Source of the DNA: an archaeon
GTDB taxonomy: Archaea > Asgardarchaeota > Thorarchaeia > Thorarchaeales > Thorarchaeaceae
Direction: 5' to 3'
NCBI GenBank assembly: GCA_024275415.1
Contig: JAJRZD010000044.1
Location: 1-11,269 of the forward strand
Length of the DNA stretch: 11,269 nt
Shown here: one piece after another, positions 1 to 8,012 of the stretch
How positions within the stretch are numbered: position 1 is the first letter of the stretch
Layout: the number at the start of each line of letters is the position of its first letter
Notes under the pieces: model-generated
What the model was told of the DNA's origin: nothing
The model's database searches: none
The model's input: the letters and a program-made list of their open reading frames with translations, nothing else
Made by a program: the position numbers and the translations under genes

Positions 1-125
1 CAGGGCATCCGGATAATCCTCGAACTTATGTCGTACTGCAACTTCATAGTACCGGCTAGGTCGGATGCTGCGTACATACATTGCATACAACCAAAGACGA
101 TGATGTTCATATCTTTTGGGGGCAT
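1..125 (-). CDS. mvhD: Methyl-viologen-reducing hydrogenase delta subunit MvhD/FlpD family ([2Fe-2S] protein), 5' part only; runs off the window start
   Basis: Manual translation from ATG at 125: MPPKDMNIIVFGCMQCMYAASDLAGTMKLQYDISSRIIRMP+TG.. This matches the MvhD N-terminal pattern IxxFxCxxCxYxxxDxAGxxxxQYxxxxRxIRxxC. SD-like GGTGA at 139-135 on the minus strand. Not in the ORF track because it is truncated. Confidence 0.85.
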   Translation of the reverse strand, partial: MPPKDMNIIVFGCMQCMYAASDLAGTMKLQYDISSRIIRMP

Positions 126-465
126 AGTCAACAATCACCGCGAGAGGACGATACAAGGGAAAACATCCACGTACCATATAATCTTTGAGGATTGCTCCAT
201 CGAATGAATTCGACTGCATGCACCGACCCGTTTTGTCCATCTTAAGATCAATGCCCTGACCGTAGAAGACTTTCCAGCAGAAGCAACAGTGGGTGTTGGA
301 CATGTTGGTGGAACGCCTCTGGTTGGGATCGTCTTTGATTCTTTCGAGCAACTCGTCAGAACTCATCGAGCCAAGATGTGCTGTGGTCTTGAGATATCTC
401 CGCTCCTCATCATACTCGGAAATCTCATCGATTTCCTCCTCTGTGAATCCATACTGGCTCCCCAC
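1..465 (-). CDS. Hypothetical protein with acidic N-terminus and a Cys cluster (HCCFCW...RC...GC); open to the window edge and overlapping mvhD in another frame
   Basis: Read codon by codon from GTG at 465 to base 1, 155 codons with no stop: MGSQYGFTEEEIDEISEYDEERRYLKTTAHLGSMSSDELLERIKDDPNQRRSTNMSNTHCCFCWKVFYGQGIDLKMDKTGRCMQSNSFDGAILKDYMVRGCFPLYRPLAV... The first ~110 codons look protein-like. No family recognised. Confidence 0.45.
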   Translation of the reverse strand, partial: MGSQYGFTEEEIDEISEYDEERRYLKTTAHLGSMSSDELLERIKDDPNQRRSTNMSNTHCCFCWKVFYGQGIDLKMDKTGRCMQSNSFDGAILKDYMVRGCFPLYRPLAVIVDYAPKRYEHHRLWLYAMYVRSIRPSRYYEVAVRHKFEDYPDAL

Positions 466-588
466 GGCAGTCGCCTACCATATCAAATGAATTCCCAGAT
501 AGTACTGCTTCTTGCAGGAAACAAGAGAAACAAATCTGACCAAATCCTGTTACCCGGTTGAAACCTGCTCACCAAAGTGAAACAGATG

Positions 589-604
589 TATTTATTATAG
601 TTAA
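589..604. promoter_or_regulatory. AT-rich TATA-like element in the divergent gap between the mvhD-side ORF and fprA
   Basis: TATTTATTATAGTTAA lies about 30-40 nt upstream of the fprA ATG at 630, and reads TATAATAAA on the minus strand. The position fits an archaeal TATA box. No TSS data. Confidence 0.45.
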
Positions 605-629
605 GCACCTATTGTAACTTGTGATAAAA

Positions 630-1823
630 ATGCAGCCTGTCGAGATTGTCAAGGATGTATACTGGGTTGGAGCGATTGACTACAATGTGCGGCACTTCCA
701 CGGGTACAGCTACTCGGTGCACAACGGCACGACATTCAACGCGTACCTCATCGTTGGTGAGAAAATCGCACTTGTTGATGCTGTTCATGAGCCGTTCACA
801 GAGGAGATGTTCAGCAGGATATCTGCGATAATCGACCCTAAGAGGATCGACTACGTGATATCTAATCATGCAGAGATGGATCATTCTGGTGCCATACCCT
901 CTGTGTTGGAACGGGTTCCGAATGCCACACTTGTATGTACCAAAAAGGCAGTGGAGATACTAAAGAAGCACTACCCTGATGGTTGGAACATACAGACTGT
1001 AGGAACAGGCGATGAGATCGACCTGGGCGGCAAGACGCTCAGCTTTCTTGAAGCCCCGATGTTGCACTGGCCAGAAACTATGTTCACCTACTATGTCGAG
1101 GAAGAAGTCCTGTTGCCAAACGATGCCTTTGGACAACACTATGCCACGGAATCCCGCTTTGCAGACGAGGTTGACCAACACACACTATGGCGGGAGGCTG
1201 AGAAATACTATGCCAACATCCTGTGGCCGTTAAGCCGAATGGTTCAGCGGAAGATTGAGGAAGTGATAGAGTCAGGCTTGCCCATCAAGGTCATAGCCCC
1301 ATCTCACGGTCTGATTTGGCGAAAGAACCCGCTCGAAATAGTGACTAGGTACTTGGAATGGGCAAAGGGAGAGCGCACATCCGACAAGGTGGTAATCACA
1401 TGGGATACCATGTGGAATAGTACCACAAAGATTGCAAGAGCCATGGCAGAAGGGATCCGGGACGCTGGGATGACCCCGCTGCTACGTCTGATTCCCCACA
1501 GTGACAAGAGTGACATAATCGGAGACCTTCTTGAAGCAAAGGGGGTACTTGTAGGGAGTCCGACACTCCATAATGAAGCCCTGCCCACGGTGGCTCCAAT
1601 CCTTGCTGACTTTGAAGCATTGAAGCCTGCCGGGAAGAAGGCAGCAGCATTTGGGTCATATGGCTGGGCTGGCGGAGCTGTGAAGAAGATTGAAGAGTCC
1701 ATGAAGAAAGGGAAGATGGAAGTTATTCTGGAGCCATTTACGGTCAAGTGGGTTCCCACTGATGAAGATTTGAAAGCCGCATATGAATATGGAAAGACAT
1801 TCGCAGAGAAACTGAATGGATGA
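630..1823 (+). CDS. fprA: Flavodiiron protein (FprA/A-type flavoprotein; metallo-beta-lactamase fold plus flavodoxin domain), likely O2/NO reductase
   Basis: Diiron ligand motifs NHAEMDHSG, HWPE, NDAFGQH and SHG. Flavodoxin motifs WDTMWNSTTKIA, VGSPTLHN and AFGSYGWAGG. I prefer ATG 630 (MQPVEIVKDVYWVGAID) over the GTG at 621. Confidence 0.93.
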   Translation: MQPVEIVKDVYWVGAIDYNVRHFHGYSYSVHNGTTFNAYLIVGEKIALVDAVHEPFTEEMFSRISAIIDPKRIDYVISNHAEMDHSGAIPSVLERVPNATLVCTKKAVEILKKHYPDGWNIQTVGTGDEIDLGGKTLSFLEAPMLHWPETMFTYYVEEEVLLPNDAFGQHYATESRFADEVDQHTLWREAEKYYANILWPLSRMVQRKIEEVIESGLPIKVIAPSHGLIWRKNPLEIVTRYLEWAKGERTSDKVVITWDTMWNSTTKIARAMAEGIRDAGMTPLLRLIPHSDKSDIIGDLLEAKGVLVGSPTLHNEALPTVAPILADFEALKPAGKKAAAFGSYGWAGGAVKKIEESMKKGKMEVILEPFTVKWVPTDEDLKAAYEYGKTFAEKLNG

Positions 1824-1834
1824 GGTACGGCCCC

Positions 1835-2746
1835 TCAAGAAGAGGACACGATATATGCTAGCGTACCGATGCTAGCAAGGATTCCGAGTCCATAGACTAC
1901 ATCAAAGAGCACCCTCAATGATGGCACGCCCAAGGTCAGTAGGACAAATGCACCAAATAGCGCCACCACCGCTGCAGACAATACAAGGATGGCTCTCTCA
2001 AAGGTCGTCAATGGTCGCCTGTCTAAAGTGAAGGATCGTAGCCAAAGTACGATTAATGGAAATGCAATTGGAGGGATTGCAAATAGCGCGATTCCCATCG
2101 GGAGCAGAAGGACTCCACTCAACTGTTCCCTGGTTCTGTCCAATCTCTCACTATATCGCTCGAACTCCTTTGCGTATGCCTTCCCATAGTCCTTTCGTAT
2201 TCCCGTTTGATATCCCTTCCAGAGCGAGAACCTTACCTCGCCAAATCGTTTCATTAATCGATTGGTTCTCGATTCGGCATACTTTGGCTGATACTCCCCT
2301 CGGATGGCGGGGATGATATATACCGACATCATCAATGAGAATACACCATAGATTGTGATCACAATATCCAGAGGGGACTCTGTAATGGTCAGGAAACCTC
2401 CCAGTATCTTATAAGAACCATAACCCCCAATGATAAAGACAGGGAATAAGAGTGCAATTTTGACTTTTTTGGCACGATTGGGATTTCCTTTCATCCCTCC
2501 AGAGAAGGTTTTGAAAACCCCTGTACAAAATGAAGCGTAAGACAGCATTATTCCAATACCACTGAGAGTCTTCAGCAGGATTCCTGCAACTAAGATGAAG
2601 AAGAGCATGTATTCTGTAGATAAGAGTGTAGCAATGTCCCATGCATTCACAAATAGGACGATAACAAACAACCCACCCCCAATCATACCTGAGATACCAT
2701 ACAACTCTTGATATTTGTTAGCTATGATATCCCTGAACAACTGCAT
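1835..2746 (-). CDS. Hypothetical polytopic membrane protein (~7 predicted TM segments, basic central loop)
   Basis: 303-aa ORF with repeated 20-25 aa hydrophobic stretches (e.g. GMIGGGLFVIVLFVNAW, VLLLPMGIALFAIPPIAFPLIVLWL). GAGAGG upstream of the ATG. Convergent with fprA across an 11-nt gap. Confidence 0.8.
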   Translation of the reverse strand: MQLFRDIIANKYQELYGISGMIGGGLFVIVLFVNAWDIATLLSTEYMLFFILVAGILLKTLSGIGIMLSYASFCTGVFKTFSGGMKGNPNRAKKVKIALLFPVFIIGGYGSYKILGGFLTITESPLDIVITIYGVFSLMMSVYIIPAIRGEYQPKYAESRTNRLMKRFGEVRFSLWKGYQTGIRKDYGKAYAKEFERYSERLDRTREQLSGVLLLPMGIALFAIPPIAFPLIVLWLRSFTLDRRPLTTFERAILVLSAAVVALFGAFVLLTLGVPSLRVLFDVVYGLGILASIGTLAYIVSSS

Positions 2747-2814
2747 AAACCTCTCACATGGTGACTATTCTTGAGCATGATAAGTCCTTTGTCTGATATC
2801 TTATGCGTGATGTT

Positions 2815-3186
2815 CTACACTAACTCCTCCGCGTCAGGCTCCCACTCTGGATACACGATGCAAAGAAACTCAAGGCTCTCAGCCCCTACAGACTCAATAT
2901 ACTGTACCGCCTGTGGCGGGATGTATATCGTATCGCCCGGATTGACTTCCGCAGTTTCATTATCGATATGCATGACCCCTTTACCTCGGATGATATAATA
3001 TACCTCAGATGCCTCTTTGAATCGATGGGGAAGTGATGACTTGCCTGACTCTAATGACGCATGAGCAAGACTATACCCAAGAACCAACCCCTTCTCATCA
3101 TGCTTTGGATTCAGGAACTCCCTGACCTTGGTATTGTCGAGAGCAACTATCTCCTGCATATCCTCAAATCTTTTGATTAGCACCAT
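2815..3186 (-). CDS. Cupin-domain protein (Cupin_2-like)
   Basis: 123 aa with cupin motif 1 (SLPHRFKEASEVYYIIRGKG) and motif 2 (VNPGDTIYIPPQAVQYI). GAGAGGGA upstream of the ATG. Confidence 0.88.
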   Translation of the reverse strand: MVLIKRFEDMQEIVALDNTKVREFLNPKHDEKGLVLGYSLAHASLESGKSSLPHRFKEASEVYYIIRGKGVMHIDNETAEVNPGDTIYIPPQAVQYIESVGAESLEFLCIVYPEWEPDAEELV

Positions 3187-3414
3187 TTATCCCTCTCACA
3201 GACTTGGTACTTTGGACAAATATATCTTGTATTTGAACCAATATGCACTCACTCGATGCACTAGAGTTCTTTGGACATCTATCGCCTTTAAGGCAACCTG
3301 CCGCACTTAGCACTTATCGCCGATTTATCTAAAGAATGATAAAGGTTCGACAGTGGAATGGATGCATACACTTCATCGACAGCAGACCTGCTCTAGCGGA
3401 AGGTGACCTATGAA

Positions 3415-5781
3415 ATGTTTTCTGAACGGGTGCGCCATCTTAGAAACCAGAGTGTCAATATCGAGCCCTATATCTCCACAGAACGTGCTTAACTCATTAC
3501 GGATTTCTATCAGAGTGGTGCAGCTGATGCCAAGTCCACGCCTGTTGCCCGTGCACTTGCATTCAAATTCATCATGGAAAACAAGGAAATTTTCATTGGC
3601 GAAGGAGAGCTTATTGTGGGAGAAAGAGACCCTGCGCCAAGAGCCACTCCAACATATCCTGAACTCTGTTGCCACAGTATTTCTGACTTTGAGATTTGTA
3701 ATAGTCGTGTGCGCTCGCGGTTCAAAGTCGATGAGGAAGCAAAAGAAGTGTATCGAGAGGAAATTATCCCTTTCTGGCAAGGAAGGACAATGCGGGACAG
3801 GGTCTTTGAAGAGATGTCAGAAGAATGGATGGCTGCGTTTCAGGCTGGTGTCTTCACAGAGTTCATGGAACAGCGGGCACCCGGTCATGCAATTCTTGAC
3901 GACAAGATATACAATCGGGGGCTTCACGACTTCATTCAGGATATCCGTCACCGTATTGATGACATCGACTTTTTCAATGATCCTGATGCCTACTATAAGG
4001 AACAAGACCTCAAGGCAATGGCTATCGCAGCCGAAGCAGTGATCACATATGCCAAACGACACGCTGACAAGGCAAAGGAATTGGCTGTAGAGGAACCTGA
4101 TCTTCAACGTAAGAAGGAGCTTGAGAAGATTGCCGAAGTGTGTTATAACGTTCCTGCCAACGCACCCCGTGATTTCTGGGAGGCAATCCAATCCTACTGG
4201 TTCGTTCATCTAGGTGTCATAACCGAACTCAACGTGTGGGACAGTTTCAATCCAGGACGTTTGGATCAGCATCTACAATCATTCTATGAACAAGGACTGG
4301 AATCGGGAACGTTGACTCGGGAGTTTGCGAAGGAGCTGTTGCAGTGTTTCTGGGTCAAGATCCATAACCAGCCGGCACCACCTAAGGTAGGAATCACAGA
4401 AGAGGCAAGTGGGACCTATCAAGACTTCTCCCTTTTCAACACAGGTGGAGTGACTGTAGATGGCGAGAATGCAGTCAACGATCTTTCCTATCTCATCCTT
4501 GAGGTCTGCAAGGAGATGAAGCTCATCATGCCGAGCGTTTGCATCCAGCTCAGCACCAAGAATCCTGACACTTTCCTCCTAAAAGCGATTGATGTGGTCA
4601 ACGAAGGATTCGGCCAGCCGTCCATGTTCAACACCGATATCATCATCAAGGAGTTCCTTCGGGTAGGCAAATCGCTAGAGGATGCTCGGAATGGTGGTCC
4701 TAGTGGTTGTGTTACCATCGGCGCCTTCGGCAAGGAATCAGTCATACTGACAGGCTACATCAACTGGCCCAAGATACTTGAGATCACGCTTCACAATGGC
4801 AATGATCCAAGGACTGGGAAGCAGGTCGGGCTGAAGACCGGCGATCCTCGCAGCTTTGAGTCCTATGACCAGCTATTCGATGCCTTCAGGAAACAGCTGG
4901 GATACTTTGTTGATTTGAAGATACAGGGAAACAACATCATTGAGCGTCTGTACGCAGAGCATATGCCCTCTCCCTTCATGTCGGTCTTAATGGATGATTG
5001 CATTAAGAATGCGAAGGACTACCATAGAGGAGGGTCTCGGTACAACAGCACATACATCCAAGGTGTAGGCATGGGCACAGTCACCGACTCTCTTACAGCA
5101 TTAAAGCATCAGGTCTTTGATACGAAACGGTTCACGATGGGCGAAGTCCTTGATGGGCTTGCTACTAATTTCGAAGATAATGACGTTCTCAGACAGACTT
5201 TGATAAACAAGTCCCCCAAGTATGGGAATGACGATGACTATGCAGATACGATAGCTCAGGATGTATTCAACTCGTACTTCGAGATGCTGGACGGGCGTCC
5301 CAATACCAAGGGCGGGCACTATAGAGTAAATCTTCTCCCAACCACTGTCCACATCTACTTTGGAAAAGTGACGGGAGCCACCCCCAACGGTCGTGTAGCA
5401 GGTGCTCCCCTTTCCGATGGCATCTCACCTAGTCACGGCATGGATCTGCAGGGCCCGACGGCTGTGATCAAGTCTGCCGCAAAGATAGACCACTCGAAGA
5501 CTGGTGGCACACTCCTCAATCAGAAGTTCCTGCCAGAGATCCTTGCAACTGAAGAGGGCCGGCAGAAGCTAGCAAGCCTAATTCGTTCTTATTTCGAGCT
5601 TGGTGGACATCATATCCAGTTCAACGTCGTAAGTTCAGACAAACTCCGAGAGGCACAGACCCATCCAGAATTGCATAAGGACTTGATTGTCCGTGTTGCA
5701 GGATACAGCGATCATTTCTGTAACATCGGCAAGGAGTTACAAGATGAGATCATCGCACGTACTGCACATCGTGGGTTCTAA
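3415..5781 (+). pseudogene. Glycyl radical enzyme of the trans-4-hydroxy-L-proline dehydratase (HypD)-like / PFL2 family, interrupted by one in-frame TAA (3490-3492); recent pseudogene or sequence error
   Basis: SD AGGTGA at 3401-3406, ATG at 3415. The frame reads MFSERVRHLRNQSVNIEPYISTERA*LITDFYQSGAADAKSTPVARALAFKFI and continues into the 735-aa ORF at 3574, 788 codons in total. Glycyl loop LIVRVAGYSDHF (Gly codon 5701) and Cys loop SGCVT (Cys codon 4708). Long HypD-like motifs FTEFMEQRAPGH, ELNVWDSF, NQPAPPKVGIT and LPTTVHIYFG. The GRE family call is firm. The functional status is uncertain. Confidence 0.8.
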
Positions 5782-5800
5782 ATTTTGGTCGAGTGGCAAG

Positions 5801-5913
5801 TTTTAAAAACACACCCTGTCCCGTGGCGGCCTGCAGTAAGAATAGCCTAGGCACCACGCCATTCGACGATAATGCCACCACCGCCTAGAGCTGCAAAACT
5901 GCAGGATGATTAT
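5801..5913 (+). promoter_or_regulatory. Putative promoter (TTTTAAAA) and structured 5' leader of the rpl3 operon
   Basis: TTTTAAAA at 5801-5808 is preceded by purine-rich GGCAAG. Nested helices: CCTGCAGT (5830-5837) with ACTGCAGG (5898-5905), and AGCCTAGGC (5844-5852) with GCCTAG-A-GCT (5883-5892). SD-like AGGATGA at 5903-5909. Confidence 0.55.
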
Positions 5914-6921
5914 ATGGCTCATAGAAAGAAACACGCCCCACGTAGGGGCAGCCTAGCCTATCTTCCACGAGGTAAAGCCTCGAAGTTCGTTCCCCGTATC
6001 AAGAATTGGGGCGAGTACAAAGGAGATAGCCCTAAACTGCTTGGTTTTGTCGGCTACAAGGCCGGAATGACTCACGCAGTGGTCACTGTAGACAATCCGG
6101 ATAGCCCATTCAAAGGGCAGGAAACTGTTATCCCCGTAACGATCATCGATACTCCGCCTATCCGGCCATTCTCGATTCGTGGATACACCGCGACTCCCTA
6201 CGGGAAGAAGCTGGTCACTGAGGTGCTGGCGACGAACCTGTCCGATGACCTGCGGAGAGCAATGCCTCTTCCCAAAGACTACGATCAGGAAGCCAAGATG
6301 AAGGAATTCGAGGAAACCCTCGACAAGATTACCGAGGTCAGGATGCTCATCCATACACAGCCTCGGCTTGCTGGGGTTCCCAAGAAGAAGCCTGACATCA
6401 TGGAGTACAAGGTCGGTGCGTCCAGCGTCCAAGAAGCCTTCGAGTACGCTAAGGATATCCTTGGGACTGACATCCGAATCGCTGATATAATCGATGAGGG
6501 GATGCTTGTAGACACCATCGCCGTGACAAAGGGACATGGGTTCCAGGGTCCTGTCCGCAGATGGGGCATCAGGATACTGCAGCACAAGTCTCGCAAGACA
6601 AAGCGAGGCGTGGGTTGCATCGGTCCGTGGACTCCCACGAACATCAGGTACACAGTCCCTCGTCCCGGACAGACAGGGTTCCACACACGCACTAGTTTCA
6701 ACAACGTTGTAGTGAAGCTGGGGGAGCGTGGTGAGGAGATTACTCCCGCAGGCGGTTTTGTCAATTACGGGGTGATACGTGGTGACTACATAATGCTAAA
6801 GGGTTCGGTTCCAGGTCCTGTCAAGAGGCCTATCCGCATGAGATACGCTATCCGCCCGACGAAGGGGCACAGGGGCGAACCCGTGCCGGTGAGCTACATC
6901 AGCACCAGCTCGAAGCAATGA
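5914..6921 (+). CDS. rpl3: 50S ribosomal protein uL3 (archaeal L3)
   Basis: MAHRKKHAPRRGSLAYLPR N-terminus, GYKAGMTH, TKGHGFQGPVRRWG, GQTGFHTRT. Start placed at ATG 5914, 4 nt after AGGATGA. Confidence 0.97.
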   Translation: MAHRKKHAPRRGSLAYLPRGKASKFVPRIKNWGEYKGDSPKLLGFVGYKAGMTHAVVTVDNPDSPFKGQETVIPVTIIDTPPIRPFSIRGYTATPYGKKLVTEVLATNLSDDLRRAMPLPKDYDQEAKMKEFEETLDKITEVRMLIHTQPRLAGVPKKKPDIMEYKVGASSVQEAFEYAKDILGTDIRIADIIDEGMLVDTIAVTKGHGFQGPVRRWGIRILQHKSRKTKRGVGCIGPWTPTNIRYTVPRPGQTGFHTRTSFNNVVVKLGERGEEITPAGGFVNYGVIRGDYIMLKGSVPGPVKRPIRMRYAIRPTKGHRGEPVPVSYISTSSKQ

Positions 6922-6937
6922 TGGAGGATGAAATGAC

Positions 6938-7726
6938 ATGGCAAAGATCAAGACATATTCGTTGAAGGGCAAGGCTGGCTCAGCAATCAACTTACCCCCC
7001 CATTTCGACACTCCCTATCGACCAGACCTCATCAAAAGAGCGGTGCTCGCGTTACAATCGCGTAGATACCAACCTCATGGTGTTGATGAGATGGCAGGGA
7101 AGCGCAATACAGCAGAAAGCTGGCAGACCGGACACGGAAGGTCACGAATGCCCCGCGTCAAGGGAAGCGGGACATCAGCAGCGAACAAAGCAGCGTTCGC
7201 CCCTGGTACTGTCGGTGGACGGGTCGCTCACCCTCCCGAAGCACGAAAGGTTCTCGTGGAGCGCATTAACAAGAAAGAGAATCGACTTGCTATCCGCTCA
7301 GCCATCGCGGCCACTGCCAACAAGGACAGAGTCAGTGAGCGAGGGCACCGGATAGACGACCTTCCCAGCATTCCCCTGGTGGTCGATAACTCTCTAGAAA
7401 CCCTGATCACAACAAAGGAAGTCATTAAAGTTATCGAGAAACTCGGACTGTCCGCTGACCTGCAACGTGCCATCAACGGCCGAGGTATCAGAGCCGGCAA
7501 GGGCAAAATGCGTGGAAGGAAACGAAAGACCCCCAAGTCTTTCCTGATCGTTGTCGGGGAAGACCAGGGCATCGGCCTTGCCGCACGGAATCTCCCAGGC
7601 GTCGATGTAGTCGAGGTACATGGGCTCAACGCAGAACTTCTAGCCCCAGGCACCCATCCAGGTCGCCTAGTGGTGTGGACAGTGTCCGCACTGGAGAGGC
7701 TAGACAAAGAGAACCTGTTCAATTGA
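6938..7726 (+). CDS. rpl4: 50S ribosomal protein uL4 (archaeal L4)
   Basis: YRPDLIKRAV, AESWQTGHGRSRMPRV, GTVGGRVAHPP, AGKGKMRGR, LLAPGTHPGRL. SD GGAGG upstream. Confidence 0.97.
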   Translation: MAKIKTYSLKGKAGSAINLPPHFDTPYRPDLIKRAVLALQSRRYQPHGVDEMAGKRNTAESWQTGHGRSRMPRVKGSGTSAANKAAFAPGTVGGRVAHPPEARKVLVERINKKENRLAIRSAIAATANKDRVSERGHRIDDLPSIPLVVDNSLETLITTKEVIKVIEKLGLSADLQRAINGRGIRAGKGKMRGRKRKTPKSFLIVVGEDQGIGLAARNLPGVDVVEVHGLNAELLAPGTHPGRLVVWTVSALERLDKENLFN

Positions 7727-7736
7727 GGTGAAGACG

Positions 7737-8000
7737 ATGCGTGATCCAAACGAAGTTATCATCAGACCCGTTGTCACAGAGGCTAGCCTCGAAGGTGTGG
7801 ACAGTGAGAACAAACTCGCATTCTATGTCATACGGACCGCAAACAAGAACACTATCAAGTGGGCCGTCGAATCCCTATATGACGTAGTCGTCGAAAAGGT
7901 CAATACCCTCATTATGCCTGACGGTAAGAAGAAGGCATTCGTGCGACTGGCACCGGAGTACAGTGCCGCGGAGGTCGCTACCAACCTTGGTATCTTCTAA
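7737..8000 (+). CDS. rpl23: 50S ribosomal protein uL23
   Basis: IIRPVVTEAS, NKLAFYV, KVNTLI, KKAFVRL, A..VAT.LGIF. SD GAGGTGA at 7725-7731 favours ATG 7737 over GTG 7728. Confidence 0.95.
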   Translation: MRDPNEVIIRPVVTEASLEGVDSENKLAFYVIRTANKNTIKWAVESLYDVVVEKVNTLIMPDGKKKAFVRLAPEYSAAEVATNLGIF

Positions 8001-8012
8001 GGAGGAGTTCAT

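Noticed and set aside
1-125. Selenocysteine-containing VhuD/MvhD
   Set aside because: Both visible CxxC positions are TGT codons, the last codon is cut off by the window edge (TG-), and I found no SECIS-like element I can support.
1821-1837. TGAGG/CCTCA mini inverted repeat between the convergent fprA and membrane-protein stops
   Set aside because: It is only 5 bp, three of which are the two TGA stop codons themselves, and there is no T-tract.
3490-3492. Genome-wide reassignment of TAA to an amino acid
   Set aside because: TAA correctly ends the GRE, rpl23 and rpl2 at their expected C-termini. That rpl23 and rpl2 are in frame across a 12-nt spacer is most simply coincidence.
3410-4042. 210-aa ORF from ATG 3410 overlapping the GRE start
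   Set aside because: It is an out-of-frame shadow of the GRE with no recognisable family. The ATG 3415 frame gives the HypD-like N-terminus without needing a frameshift.
5872-5913. N-terminal extension MPPPPRAAKLQDDY on uL3 given by the ORF track
   Set aside because: Archaeal uL3 begins at an M-x-H/R-K...P-R-R-G-S-type motif, an SD-like AGGATGA sits just before ATG 5914, and the upstream stretch is better explained as a structured leader.
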